Shown here piece by piece: positions 11,335 through 21,333 of a stretch of 64,000 nt of DNA. The position numbers and the translations under genes are program-made. The notes under the pieces are model-generated. The model saw nothing but the letters and a program-made list of their open reading frames with translations, was not told the origin of the DNA and did not search any database. Source of the DNA: an uncultured Spirochaetota bacterium (GTDB taxonomy: Bacteria; Spirochaetota; Spirochaetia; SZUA-6; Fen-1364); contig CAWGAA010000001.1 in the NCBI GenBank assembly GCA_963820525.1, forward strand, positions 512,001 to 576,000. The letters run 5' to 3'. Within the stretch, counting starts at the first letter, position 1. Each line of letters begins with the position of its first letter.

Positions 11335-11370
11335 AGCCCTCTTCTATGTTCGGTCGATCCGGCGGCTCTC

Positions 11371-11400
11371 TTGACAGGGAGCCTCTCCCGGTGGTAGCTT
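11371..11400 (+). promoter_or_regulatory. sigma70-type promoter for the rpsF operon
   Basis: TTGACA-18 nt-TAGCTT with extended TGn. Confidence 0.6.
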
Positions 11401-11407
11401 GCCTCTT

Positions 11408-11480
11408 ACCTCTTTATCTCGCGGGCCCGGATGGCACGTCCGCCATGGCGCCGCGAGATCATATGTCCAGAAGGAGGACA
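11408..11480 (+). promoter_or_regulatory. Putative S6:S18 autoregulatory leader RNA
   Basis: Stem ATCTCGCGG/CCGCGAGAT; CCTCTT can pair with the SD region; unpaired CCA just 5' of the SD. Confidence 0.5.
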
Positions 11481-11488
11481 CAACGCGA

Positions 11489-11770
11489 ATGAAGACCTAT
11501 GAAGCCGTCGTGATTTTCACGAGCGACGAGAACCAGCTTCGCGAAGGACGAGAGTTCATCAAGAAGGAGTTCGAGGCCTCGGGAATCACGATCACCAAGG
11601 AAGAAGACATGGGCGACCGGCTCCTCTCCTACCCCGTGCGCAAGAACGACAGGGGCCATTACATGCTCTACGTCATCGAAAGCCCCGCCGAGCCCTTGAA
11701 GGGCCTGGCAAAGACGTTGAAGCTCCGGTCCGAGATATTGAAGTTTCTCCTTGTCCGCCAGAACGCCTGA
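11489..11770 (+). CDS. rpsF: 30S ribosomal protein bS6
   Basis: MKTYEAVVIF..MGDRLLSYPVRKNDRGHY; SD AAGGAGG. Confidence 0.95.
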   Translation: MKTYEAVVIFTSDENQLREGREFIKKEFEASGITITKEEDMGDRLLSYPVRKNDRGHYMLYVIESPAEPLKGLAKTLKLRSEILKFLLVRQNA

Positions 11771-11790
11771 CCGAATCGGGAGGTGTCGCC

Positions 11791-12219
11791 ATGGCAGATG
11801 TCAATCACGTCGTGCTTGTGGGAAGACTCACCAGGAACGCCGAGTTGAAATACACCAACAACGGATCCCCCGTGAGCAAGTTCAGCATCGCGATCAACCA
11901 GCGGCGCAAGAAGGACGACCAGTGGACCGATGAGGCCCATTTCTTCGACATTGTGCTCTGGGGAAAGAGCGCGGAATCCCTCAACCCCTACCTGGTGAAG
12001 GGAAAGCAGGTGGGAATCGAGGGGCAGCTGAGGCAGAACCGCTGGGAGCAGGAAGGGCAGTCGAGGAGCAAGGTGGAGATCTTCGCCACCAATGTGATGC
12101 TCCTGGGCGGCAAGGGAGCCGCGGCGCCCGCCGAGGCCCCCCAGGGCCAGGAGCCCAAGGAGTTCCCGGAGGGCTCGCCCCCCCCTGCCGACAATTTCGA
12201 AGACGATATTCCCTTTTAA
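11791..12219 (+). CDS. ssb: Single-stranded DNA-binding protein
   Basis: [23 protein letters not shown]-terminal FEDDIPF. Confidence 0.97.
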   Translation: MADVNHVVLVGRLTRNAELKYTNNGSPVSKFSIAINQRRKKDDQWTDEAHFFDIVLWGKSAESLNPYLVKGKQVGIEGQLRQNRWEQEGQSRSKVEIFATNVMLLGGKGAAAPAEAPQGQEPKEFPEGSPPPADNFEDDIPF

Positions 12220-12248
12220 GAACTGAAAGAGAGAGAGGAAACACGGAC

Positions 12249-12656
12249 ATGTCGGATACTACCAATCAGAATCCCCCCGAAAGCCGCGAAGCGCCGGCCG
12301 TCCCCGTATCGGCCCCCGCCGCGGGCGAGAGGCCGGAGAGACCGCCGGAGCGCCCAGACAGGCAGGATCGTGGAGATCGCGGAGACCGGGGCGATCGCGG
12401 AGAGCGCTCGGACCACGGCGGCTACCAGGGCAGGGGAAGGCACAAGACCTTCTTCAAGAGGAAGGTATGCAAGTTCTGCATCAAGAAGGCCACCATTGAC
12501 TTCAAGGACGCCGCGGGGCTGAAGCGCTTCACCACGGAGAGAGGCAAGATCATGCCGCGGCGGATCACGGGCACCTGCTCAAAGCACCAGAGAGAGCTGG
12601 CCCGGGCGATCAAGCGGGCCCGAACCCTGGCGCTCCTCCCCTACACTTCTCGGTAG
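12249..12656 (+). CDS. rpsR: 30S ribosomal protein bS18 with low-complexity N-terminal extension
   Basis: [44 protein letters not shown]. Confidence 0.96.
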   Translation: MSDTTNQNPPESREAPAVPVSAPAAGERPERPPERPDRQDRGDRGDRGDRGERSDHGGYQGRGRHKTFFKRKVCKFCIKKATIDFKDAAGLKRFTTERGKIMPRRITGTCSKHQRELARAIKRARTLALLPYTSR

Positions 12657-12719
12657 AGTGAAAGCTGGAGGCCCGGCCGGAGGGAAGAGGCGGACCGCCT
12701 TCTCCGAGGCCGGTTCTGG

Positions 12720-13733
12720 ATGTATACGACGCCTTCGCGCGGCAGATTGCTTGAGACCTTTCTCTTCGCCGTCGCCTCGGTTCTGCTCTTCAACCTGGGC
12801 CTGGGGGAGCTCCTTTTCCTGATCCCTCTTCAGATAGTCGTGGTACGACGCGGGCAGCGCGGGCTTTTCTGGAGCGTGGCCTTTGCCCTCGCCCTTTTTG
12901 CGGGATACTTCTCGTTCCGCTTCTTTTTCGTTTCCGGGCGGGACCCGGCGGCCGGGATGCGTTCGCTCATTGAGATTACACCTGCGGTTCTGCTGATGCT
13001 CGGCCTCGCCGTTGCCAATCTGGAGCGCGCCAGGCGGCAGCGTACCCTTGCGAGGCTCCTCGCGGCCACGGCCCTGGCGGGGCTGCTGGCAATCCCGATC
13101 ATGCTGCTTCTTCCGCTCCTGCCCGATTTCTCCACGGCGATGAGCGGGATCTTCGCCGATCTTGCCGACCTGCTCCAGAAGCTGACCGCCCCGGCGAGCC
13201 CCGCTGCGGGCTCTCCCTTTGCCCAGCTTCTCCAGCCTGCCTCCCTCATGCAGATCGTGAAGGAAACACTCCTGCCCACCTTCCTCCTCTACTACTTCCT
13301 CATCCTCGCATTTGCGTGGTGGATCGGGTCGCTGATCGGGCTTCGCACCCTTCGCCTCTCGGCAGAGCGGGCGACGGTGCCCCGGCTCTCGGGGTTCCGC
13401 CTGGAGAGCTTCTACCTCTGGCCTCTCATCGCCTCGGGCGCGCTGGTGCTCCTCGACCTCGTCGCCGACATTCCCATTGCCAGGTACGTCGGTTGGAATG
13501 TCGGCCTCGTGGTCCTTCTCCTCTTCGGCCTGCAGGGCATGGCCATCGTACGGTTCATATTCGAGAAATACCGCCTGCCGCGAGGCCTGTGGGTTCTTTT
13601 CGTCATCATGATCGTGATATTGCTGGGCTCCCCGCAGATCGGCTTCGTCACGATGATCGTGATCCCCGCTTTTGGAGTTTCTGAGAACTGGATACGCTAT
13701 CGGATACCGGCTGATTCGCCGGCGGATGAATAG
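12720..13733 (+). CDS. DUF2232/YybS-like multi-pass membrane protein
   Basis: Many TM segments, FRL..LW, LQGMAIV; position between rpsR and rplI. Confidence 0.75.
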   Translation: MYTTPSRGRLLETFLFAVASVLLFNLGLGELLFLIPLQIVVVRRGQRGLFWSVAFALALFAGYFSFRFFFVSGRDPAAGMRSLIEITPAVLLMLGLAVANLERARRQRTLARLLAATALAGLLAIPIMLLLPLLPDFSTAMSGIFADLADLLQKLTAPASPAAGSPFAQLLQPASLMQIVKETLLPTFLLYYFLILAFAWWIGSLIGLRTLRLSAERATVPRLSGFRLESFYLWPLIASGALVLLDLVADIPIARYVGWNVGLVVLLLFGLQGMAIVRFIFEKYRLPRGLWVLFVIMIVILLGSPQIGFVTMIVIPAFGVSENWIRYRIPADSPADE

Positions 13734-13801
13734 GGCTGGGCGAAGCGGCCGAGACGCGATTGACGGGCCGCCGCCGAAATGAAGGAAGGAGTGCACGCAC
13801 G

Positions 13802-14263
13802 ATGAAGATCATTCTCTATCAGGACATTGTCGGGCTCGGAGAGGAGGGGGACATCAAGGACGTTGCCAACGGCTATGCCCGCAACTTCCTCCTGCCCAAG
13901 AAGCTGGCCGTCCGCCACACCAAGGAAAACCTTGCCGTCCTCGCGCACAGGATGGCGGCCATCGAGAAGCGCAAGGAAGACAAGCGCAAGGAGGCCCTCG
14001 GGTTGAAGGAGCGCCTGGAAACGGAGGAGATCACGTTCTCCATGCCGGCCGGAGAGAACGGCAAGCTTTTCGGCTCGGTGAGCAACACAATGGTAGCCCA
14101 GGAGTTGGAGAAGAGGGGATACCAGATCGAGAAGAAGCGCATCGAGATCCCCGACCACACCATCAGGGCCGTGGGGAACTACAAGGTGCACATAAAGCTC
14201 TACGACAAGGAAGAGGCGACAGTGAAGCTGATTGTGGAGGGATCAGCCCAGAGCCAGGGCTGA
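13802..14263 (+). CDS. rplI: 50S ribosomal protein bL9
   Basis: MKIIL..LGEEGDIKDVANGYARNFLLP, GKLFGSV. Confidence 0.97.
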   Translation: MKIILYQDIVGLGEEGDIKDVANGYARNFLLPKKLAVRHTKENLAVLAHRMAAIEKRKEDKRKEALGLKERLETEEITFSMPAGENGKLFGSVSNTMVAQELEKRGYQIEKKRIEIPDHTIRAVGNYKVHIKLYDKEEATVKLIVEGSAQSQG

Positions 14264-14269
14264 GACCCC

Positions 14270-15592
14270 ATGCCCTCCCCCGAGAACCTCAAGGATGGCG
14301 TTCCCGTCCACAATGACGATGCCGAAATGGCCACCCTGGGGGCGATCCTCATCGATCCCGAGGCGCTCCCCACCGTCAGCCACCTCCTGAGGGTAGAGGA
14401 CTTCTACAGAAGCGCCCACCAGAAGACCTACGAGGCGCTCCTGGCGCTCTTCGACCGGGGCCAGTCGGTGGACCTCATCACGCTTGCTGACGAGCTTCGC
14501 TCGCGCGGCACCCTGGAGCAGTGCGGCGGCGTCGCATCCATCTCGCGGCTCACCTCCGCCGTTCCAACCTCGGCGAACATCGAGTACTACGCCCGCATCG
14601 TCCAGGCCGCTGCAATCAGGAGGAGCCTCAACCGCATCTCCCAGGAGATCATCGCCCAGTCCCACGACGACTCCAAGGAGATCCGCGTCATCCTGGAGGA
14701 GGCTGAGCGGAAGATCTTCGAGATCTCCGACAGGCACCAGACCGGCACCTACTACGCGGCCAAGGAGATCGTCACCCGGACCTTCGACGCCATCGAGAAG
14801 CTCTACCACTCCAAGTCGGAGTACACGGGAATCCCTTCAGGCTTCAAGGAGCTGGACAACCTCACCTACGGGTTCCAGAACTCCGAGTTCATCGTCATCG
14901 GCGCCCGTCCGTCGGTGGGAAAAACGGCCCTCGCCCTCACGATGGCCGCGAACATCTCCATCAGACAGAAAGTTCCCGTCGGGTTCTTCAGCCTGGAAAT
15001 GTCGAGCATGGCCATCATGCAGCGCCTTCTCGCCATGGAGGCGAGGCTGGACTCCACCCGGCTTCGAACCGGCATGCTCAAGGCGCCGGATTTCAGCCGC
15101 ATCACGGAAGCGTGCGGAAGGATCTACGAGGCTCCCCTGTTCATCAGCGACTCCTCAGACCTGAAGCTCCTGGACCTGCGGGCCCAGGCCCGAAGAATGA
15201 AGAGCCAGCAGGACGTGAAGATCGTCTTCGTCGACTACCTCACCCTGATCTCATCCGACAACCAGGACCTGCCCCGCCACGAGCAGATCGCGGAGGTCTC
15301 CCGGTCCCTGAAGTCCCTCGCCCGCGAGCTCGCCATCCCCGTGATCGCCCTCTCCCAGGTCAGGCGCGAGACCGAGGGAAAGAGGCCTGCTCTGGCGGAC
15401 TTGCGGGAATCCGGCTCCATCGAACAGGACGCCGACGTCGTGATCTTCATCCACAGCGATGACCTGAAGTCCGCCGAGCGCGAGATCATCGTGGCCAAGC
15501 AGAGGAACGGCCCCGTGGGCGAATTAAAGCTCGCTTTCCTCAAGGAGTTCACCAAGTTCGAGCAGCTGGAGCGCGGACCCGGGATGGCGTAA
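14270..15592 (+). CDS. dnaB: Replicative DNA helicase
   Basis: GARPSVGKT, FFSLEM, VDYLTLI, ALSQ, DLRESGSIEQDAD, KQRNGPVG. Confidence 0.97.
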   Translation: MPSPENLKDGVPVHNDDAEMATLGAILIDPEALPTVSHLLRVEDFYRSAHQKTYEALLALFDRGQSVDLITLADELRSRGTLEQCGGVASISRLTSAVPTSANIEYYARIVQAAAIRRSLNRISQEIIAQSHDDSKEIRVILEEAERKIFEISDRHQTGTYYAAKEIVTRTFDAIEKLYHSKSEYTGIPSGFKELDNLTYGFQNSEFIVIGARPSVGKTALALTMAANISIRQKVPVGFFSLEMSSMAIMQRLLAMEARLDSTRLRTGMLKAPDFSRITEACGRIYEAPLFISDSSDLKLLDLRAQARRMKSQQDVKIVFVDYLTLISSDNQDLPRHEQIAEVSRSLKSLARELAIPVIALSQVRRETEGKRPALADLRESGSIEQDADVVIFIHSDDLKSAEREIIVAKQRNGPVGELKLAFLKEFTKFEQLERGPGMA

Positions 15593-15604
15593 GTCTCCCG
15601 CAGA

Positions 15605-15613
15605 TGTTATACT
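15605..15613 (+). promoter_or_regulatory. Extended -10 promoter upstream of the ComFB-family gene
   Basis: TG-T-TATACT. Confidence 0.4.
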
Positions 15614-15703
15614 CACCGTCGGAATTGCCCGGCGCGTCGGAGGCACGCGGTATCCTGCCCGCGCAGATGAGACAGGAAGGCCGCCTCCAGGAGGGGGATC
15701 GCA

Positions 15704-15997
15704 ATGGCTCTGAGAGATGAATACGATTTCGAGAACCTCATCAACGAGGCGGAAACCCTCGTTTTGAAAGAGCTCGAGGCGCAGCTGGCGGAAGCTTCCG
15801 GCATCTGCACGTGCCAGGATTGCGTTCTCGACATGGCGGCCTTCGCATTGAACAACGTGAAGCCCTACTACCGCGTTTCTCTCATGGGAACGCTGTATGC
15901 CCGCGCCACGACCGATGAGACGGCCTACGGCCGCGAGATAAAGAAGGCGGTGGGAGAAGCGATCAAGAAGATAAGCTCAAACCCCTCTCACGACTAA
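15704..15997 (+). CDS. ComFB family protein
   Basis: N..E.LV, CTCQDCVLDMAAFALNNVKPYY, C-terminal NPSH. Confidence 0.85.
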   Translation: MALRDEYDFENLINEAETLVLKELEAQLAEASGICTCQDCVLDMAAFALNNVKPYYRVSLMGTLYARATTDETAYGREIKKAVGEAIKKISSNPSHD

Positions 15998-16053
15998 AGC
16001 GGGCGCGGCGGAAGGCAGCCGCAATTCCCGCCGGCCTGCGGCATCGGGGCCCC

Positions 16054-18165
16054 TCAACGCGGCGCACTGCCGCCGCTGGACAGGCTCACCCGATAGAGCG
16101 TGGTATTCTCCACGGCAACCCCGTTTTCCAGCACGCTCACCAGCGCGGCAGCTCCATCTGAAGCCGCGAACTTCCCGCCCGGCATGATCAGACACCATTC
16201 CTTGCTCGCGAACAGGTAAATCTCGCCGAGGAGCTTCTGGGAAGTGGGATCCCAGAGACCGACCGTGGAGTCGTCGTTCAGCGCGTAAAGGAGGCCGCCC
16301 TGCGTGACGAGCCTTCTGGGCACGGCGTCCACCGGGGGGAATTTCCCGAGGGAGCTTCCATCCCAGGTAACGATGCGATCGTATCCCAGGGAAGAGTAGA
16401 GCACGCCCCGGCCGGAGTCCACGGCTATCGTCGCCGAGAGGTCATCCTCGGGGTAGCTCGAGAGGATTGTCTGCTTCTCGAAATCCTTTCCCGAATTGGC
16501 GAAGAGGTCCGTCCTGCCGTCCTTGTCCACTCCGATTGAGTAGAGGATCCGTCGCGCGGGATCGAAGGAAAGCTCGTAGGTGAAGATGCTCGCGCTCGGG
16601 ATGACCACCGTCTCTCCCGTGTCCGTGTCAATGGAAAGCAGAGAGCCCTCCTCCCCTCCCGCGGAGCTTCTGGCGCCCACCAGGCGCGACGGGGAAACCA
16701 TGACGATCCGGTTCGTCCCGGGGGCCCAGACTGAAAAGCGCAGGGTCGCGGAAGAAAGATCGATCAATCGGACCATGCCGCCTTTCTCGAGAGTGGCCAG
16801 GCGGTTCCCCTTGGGCAGTGCCTGCGTCAGGGGACTGGCGAACCCCGAGAAGCCGGGCGTAAACGATCCGGTTCGCGGATCCAGGAGCCCGTAGGCCCCC
16901 GCGTCGCCCGTCTTGCTCCATACCAGGAGCCTGCCGTCATCGAGGAAAGCGAGCCCGGAGGCAGATCGCAGGGGGTTTGCGAGCACGTTCGGCTTGAGGG
17001 CTTCAAGAGAGCCTTGGCCGTCCGAGCTGAAGAGCCAGATCCATTGGTCGCTCGACACGGCCAGCATGCTTCCTCCGACGGCGATTCCCGCCGCGTCGGC
17101 AAGCTCGTCCTTCGCGACAAGGCTCGGTCCGCCTGCCGGCGGAATGAGCTTGAGCTCTCCCTTGGCTCCGGCGGCGAACAGCTCGTCTCCCGCATAGCGC
17201 ACGAGAGAGAGCGATGCAGGGGCGCCGGGGACGGCGCCCGCGGCGCCCTGCGGCTCTGCCGCCGGCCCAGGGGCGGCGCGATCTCCGGGCACGAGCCGAT
17301 CCGAAGCGATGCGCCAGAAGGTGAGGGAAGCCGGGGCATCACCTCCCGTCAGGCAGGCGATCTCGTCGCCCTTGGCGGAGATATCCTCCGAGATCACCCC
17401 CGAAAGCTCGGTTCGGGATTTCACGGCGCCCGACAAAAGATCTATCAAGAGCACCTCTTTGCCGGTAGTGCCCAGGAGGTAGCGCCTGTCACGAGAAGTC
17501 CGCATGTGGGAGAGAAGCGCAACGCTTCGCGCTTCCTTTATCAGGCTGCCCGAGGCGAGGTCCCAGTACGCGATACGCCCGTTGGGCTGATAGGTCATGA
17601 CGGTCTTTTCGGTCTTGGAGATCTCCGCGAAGCTCACGATTCCAAAGCCTTCCGGATGGAAGGGAACCGGCGTTCCGGCTGCCGCATCGATGATCCGCAA
17701 GCCTTGCCAGTAGGGGACGCCGAAGACGAGGTAGCTGCCCGCCCCGGAATAGCGGAGGAAGAGAGGCTGCTCATCGAGGGGAACGCGGAAGAGCATCTCA
17801 CCGGTATTCCAGTTCCATGCGCTGATGTCGAAGAGACTGATGCCGTCGGTTTCCAAAACGGCGAACTCGGCGGCGGTGGGGCTTATCGCGATCATCGAAG
17901 CGCCATGGTGGCCGACGCGTACGATGCGGGTGAGCCGCCGGTTGGCGAGGTCCCAGATCCGCACGGTCCCGTCTTCTCCCGTGGTGAACAACCGGCCTCC
18001 CGCCTCGTCGTACTCCATGGAGAGCACGGAGCCCTTGTGGCCCGTGTCGACGATGGCGTTCGCGCCCCCTTCGGCGATGCCCGAGGAGAAAACGGCAGCG
18101 GGACCGAGAGCGGCCGACAGCCCCCAGAGAAGAAGGCTCATTGCGACACGGCGGCCGGCCTGCAC
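16054..18165 (-). CDS. Exported WD40/beta-propeller protein
   Basis: Signal peptide; GH..SV..LFTTGEDGTVRIWD and further WD-like repeats (DSTVGLWD). Confidence 0.8.
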   Translation of the reverse strand: MQAGRRVAMSLLLWGLSAALGPAAVFSSGIAEGGANAIVDTGHKGSVLSMEYDEAGGRLFTTGEDGTVRIWDLANRRLTRIVRVGHHGASMIAISPTAAEFAVLETDGISLFDISAWNWNTGEMLFRVPLDEQPLFLRYSGAGSYLVFGVPYWQGLRIIDAAAGTPVPFHPEGFGIVSFAEISKTEKTVMTYQPNGRIAYWDLASGSLIKEARSVALLSHMRTSRDRRYLLGTTGKEVLLIDLLSGAVKSRTELSGVISEDISAKGDEIACLTGGDAPASLTFWRIASDRLVPGDRAAPGPAAEPQGAAGAVPGAPASLSLVRYAGDELFAAGAKGELKLIPPAGGPSLVAKDELADAAGIAVGGSMLAVSSDQWIWLFSSDGQGSLEALKPNVLANPLRSASGLAFLDDGRLLVWSKTGDAGAYGLLDPRTGSFTPGFSGFASPLTQALPKGNRLATLEKGGMVRLIDLSSATLRFSVWAPGTNRIVMVSPSRLVGARSSAGGEEGSLLSIDTDTGETVVIPSASIFTYELSFDPARRILYSIGVDKDGRTDLFANSGKDFEKQTILSSYPEDDLSATIAVDSGRGVLYSSLGYDRIVTWDGSSLGKFPPVDAVPRRLVTQGGLLYALNDDSTVGLWDPTSQKLLGEIYLFASKEWCLIMPGGKFAASDGAAALVSVLENGVAVENTTLYRVSLSSGGSAPR

Positions 18166-18175
18166 CTCTTCCCTC

Positions 18176-18817
18176 CTATTCGACCCGCCTGAGAGAGACG
18201 TAGGGAGGAACGCAGAAGTCCGTGAACGGCTCCTCCCCGATCCTGTTATTCAGGTCCGCAGAAATCTTGCTATAGATGTCCCGTCCCAGCCTGGCCACGG
18301 CGACCTCCCCCTTGCGCAATCCGCTCATGTGGAAGACGAGCTTGCCGTTTTCCTCCCCGCTGTACAGGATGGTCACCTCCCTATCGCGCTCGCCCGGCTC
18401 CGCCTCCGCATCCGCCGAGCCTGCCGAGGATCGCGTGAGGAGATAGTACTTCATGATCTCGATGACACGGTCGTCGAGGGCTTCGCTCACGATGCGAAGC
18501 TTCTCCGCCAGCTCGGCAAAACCGATGACGACGCGCCACGGCTTTCCGATGTCGTAGGAGAGCTTCCCTCTGAGGTAGGACACGCGGTCCAGCTCGGGAA
18601 CGAAATAGATATCCCGGTCGGCCTCCGCTCCCGAAAAGAGGCAGGGAAACTCGAGTGTCAGCCGCTTGCCGCACAGGGGACAGGCGACGCTCATGAAGTC
18701 ACCGGAAAGCACCTGGGCAACGACGCCGGGTTCGGCGGCGAGGTCCACCGAGTCTGGGATCTCGGCCTCGAATGTGTTTTCGCAGAAACAGGAAATCGTG
18801 CGTTTCGTCGTATTCAT
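18176..18817 (-). CDS. CpXC-domain (zinc ribbon) protein
   Basis: ISCFCE..ACPLCG, R.V.GF.ELAEKL.I..LDDR.IE.MK. Confidence 0.75.
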   Translation of the reverse strand: MNTTKRTISCFCENTFEAEIPDSVDLAAEPGVVAQVLSGDFMSVACPLCGKRLTLEFPCLFSGAEADRDIYFVPELDRVSYLRGKLSYDIGKPWRVVIGFAELAEKLRIVSEALDDRVIEIMKYYLLTRSSAGSADAEAEPGERDREVTILYSGEENGKLVFHMSGLRKGEVAVARLGRDIYSKISADLNNRIGEEPFTDFCVPPYVSLRRVE

Positions 18818-18819
18818 CC

Positions 18820-20190
18820 CTACCGCCCCAGGAAGTAGAGTATATCACTAAAGGTGATGAAGAGCGCCAGAGTGACCAGAAGCGAAAGCCCGATGAACTG
18901 GACCCTTCCGATAGTCCGAGGACGCACCGCCCTTCCCCGCGCGATCTCCACGAGGAAGAGCAGGATCTGGCCGCCGTCGAGGGCGGGCAGCGGGAGGAGG
19001 TTCATCAGGAAGAGCACGACGCTGAGAAACGAGAGGAAGCGGAAGAAATCGACGATCCCCTGGCCGAAACCGAGCTGGAAACCGCTCGTGGCCGCGCTTC
19101 CGATGTAGTAGGTGATGCGAAGAGGTCCGGCCACCGCGTTCTTGATGTTGATGCCCTGGAAGAGAAGCCCGATCCCCTTGACGGTGAGGGAGACGGTCAT
19201 CACGCATTCATCGACGCTTCTGAGCAATGCCCCGCCCAGACCGAGGCGGGGAGAGCGGTAGACGGGCAGGGCCCATTCGATGCCCAGATTGGCAGCCTTG
19301 TCCTGCCGATAGTCGGGGATGATCTGGATGCTTCGCTCGGCCGCCTGTTCCGGGCCTTCCACGCTGAAGGTCACCGAATGGGGCATAGCGGAGAGAAGCT
19401 GGTACAGGTCCGTGGTGTTCCTGATCTGCTTGCCGTCCACCGCGGTGATCCGATCCCCCTTTGCCAGGCCGGCGAACGCCGCGGGGCCGCCGCGGGTCAC
19501 ATCGGCAACCACGGGATCCAACCAGGAATAGACCCCGATTTTCCCCGCCCCGTCGTTCTTGTCCAGGATCGGGGTGACGGGTATCCGCAGGGTTTCAGAT
19601 CCTCTCTGGACCGTGAAGAGGAGCCTCTTGCCCGCGGACAGGGAAACGACACCGACGAGGTCCTGGAACTTTTCAACGGGCTTGCCGTCGATATCCACGA
19701 CGCGGTCGCCCGTTTTCATGCCCGCCGTGGTGGCGGGAGGAGTGGAGGCGAAGCTGTCCAGCGTGTAATCCGAGGCCAGCACGATCCTGTTGTCCGCGGA
19801 GAAAATGCGGAAGCCGGCCCACCAGATCAGCGTGAAGATCAGGAGCGCCGAGGCGACATTGAACAGCGGACCGGCGGCGGCGATGACGATCCTGCGCCAG
19901 GGAGGCGCCGCGAAGAAGGAGCCTTCCTCCTTGGGTATCTCGGAGAGATTCTCCAGCTGGGCGCGCCGCAAAAGGTCGTCGCCCTTCATCTTGCAGTAGC
20001 CGCCGATGGGAAGCCAGGAGATCTGGTACCGGGTGCCCCCGCGGGTGAATCCCACGAGCTTCGAGCCCCAGCCCAGGGAGAACACCTCCACCTCGACCCC
20101 GTTCGCCTTGGCCGCGATGAAATGCCCGAGCTCATGAATGAAGATCATGAGCCCCAGCCCGAAGATGCCTATGAGAATCGTGAATATCAT
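18820..20190 (-). CDS. rseP: RIP metalloprotease RseP
   Basis: HELGH, PIGGYCKM, AGPLFN, two PDZ domains, NLLPLPALDGG. Confidence 0.96.
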   Translation of the reverse strand: MIFTILIGIFGLGLMIFIHELGHFIAAKANGVEVEVFSLGWGSKLVGFTRGGTRYQISWLPIGGYCKMKGDDLLRRAQLENLSEIPKEEGSFFAAPPWRRIVIAAAGPLFNVASALLIFTLIWWAGFRIFSADNRIVLASDYTLDSFASTPPATTAGMKTGDRVVDIDGKPVEKFQDLVGVVSLSAGKRLLFTVQRGSETLRIPVTPILDKNDGAGKIGVYSWLDPVVADVTRGGPAAFAGLAKGDRITAVDGKQIRNTTDLYQLLSAMPHSVTFSVEGPEQAAERSIQIIPDYRQDKAANLGIEWALPVYRSPRLGLGGALLRSVDECVMTVSLTVKGIGLLFQGINIKNAVAGPLRITYYIGSAATSGFQLGFGQGIVDFFRFLSFLSVVLFLMNLLPLPALDGGQILLFLVEIARGRAVRPRTIGRVQFIGLSLLVTLALFITFSDILYFLGR

Positions 20191-21323
20191 CCCATGAACT
20201 CCCTGGTTTTCGCCCGCGCCGCCGCGTCGACTTCAAGCACTTCCTCTACGGTGGATGGTCCCGGTCCCCACTCCATGGAAAGCGTCCGCTCCACCAGGTC
20301 CGGAATTCCCATGAACGGGATGGCGCCGGCCATGAAGGCGGCCACCGCCACTTCATTTGCCGCATTGTACGCGATCGGATGGGCGAGAGACAGCTCTGCG
20401 GCGCGATACGCGAGGCCCAGCATCCTGTACCTCTCCCTGTCGACGGCGAAAAAGCTCAAGGATTTTCCGCCCAGGTCGAGCCATTCGACCCGGTTGGCCG
20501 ACACGGCGGGAAAGGTGAGGGCGTTCTGGATGGGGATCCGCATGTCGGCCGTGCTCGCCTGTGCGTGGAGAGTGCCGTCGATCGTTCGAACGAGGGAGTG
20601 GACGAGGCTCTGGGGGTGGATCAGAACGCGGATCCTTTCCAGGGGAACGGCGAAGAGTCTGTGGGCCTCGATGACTTCCAGACCCTTGTTCGCCATGGTA
20701 GCGGAGTCCACCGTGATCTTCGGTCCCATCTTCCATGTCGGATGCCGCAGGGCATCCTGGAATGTGACTCGTGAAAGGCTTTCAGCGGGCAGGTCTCGAA
20801 ACGCTCCTCCGGAAGCGGTTATGACGAGCTCCGCCACGTGGCCGGGATCCAGGCTTCGGAGAATGCTGAACAGGGCGGCGTGCTCGGAGTCGACGGGCAG
20901 GATCGACCGTCCGCCCCGTTTCGCCTCCGCGAGCAGGAGAGGCCCCGCCATGACCAGGGATTCCTTGTTTGCGAGCGCCAGATCCTTCCCCGACCGCACG
21001 GCGGCGAAGGATGGCAGGAGCCCGGGCGCGCCTGAGATGCCGTTCACGGCGATATCGGCCCCCGTTTCCTCGATCATCCTCACGATACCTTCCGTCCCTC
21101 GATAGATTTTGACGCCCCGTTTCGCCAGGCCGCCTGCCGCAGCCGATTCTTCGGCGATGCCGACGGCCTCCGGGGCGAACTCCCGCGCCTGGAGGGCGAG
21201 CCTCTCCACATTTCGTGCGCAACAGAGAGCCGTAACCCGCAGCGTCTCCGGCATCGCGCGAACAACGGCAAGGGTGCTCTCCCCGATCGAGCCGGTGCTT
21301 CCCAGGACAAGAAGCCTCGTCAC
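20187..21323 (-). CDS. dxr: 1-deoxy-D-xylulose 5-phosphate reductoisomerase
   Basis: LGSTGSIG, LANKESLV, LPVDSEH, HPTWKMGPKITVDSATMANKGLE. Confidence 0.97.
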   Translation of the reverse strand: MTRLLVLGSTGSIGESTLAVVRAMPETLRVTALCCARNVERLALQAREFAPEAVGIAEESAAAGGLAKRGVKIYRGTEGIVRMIEETGADIAVNGISGAPGLLPSFAAVRSGKDLALANKESLVMAGPLLLAEAKRGGRSILPVDSEHAALFSILRSLDPGHVAELVITASGGAFRDLPAESLSRVTFQDALRHPTWKMGPKITVDSATMANKGLEVIEAHRLFAVPLERIRVLIHPQSLVHSLVRTIDGTLHAQASTADMRIPIQNALTFPAVSANRVEWLDLGGKSLSFFAVDRERYRMLGLAYRAAELSLAHPIAYNAANEVAVAAFMAGAIPFMGIPDLVERTLSMEWGPGPSTVEEVLEVDAAARAKTREFMG

Positions 21324-21333
21324 CGCGCTCGCC

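Noticed and set aside
18772..21105. 777-aa plus-strand ORF
   Set aside because: Antisense shadow of rseP and dxr
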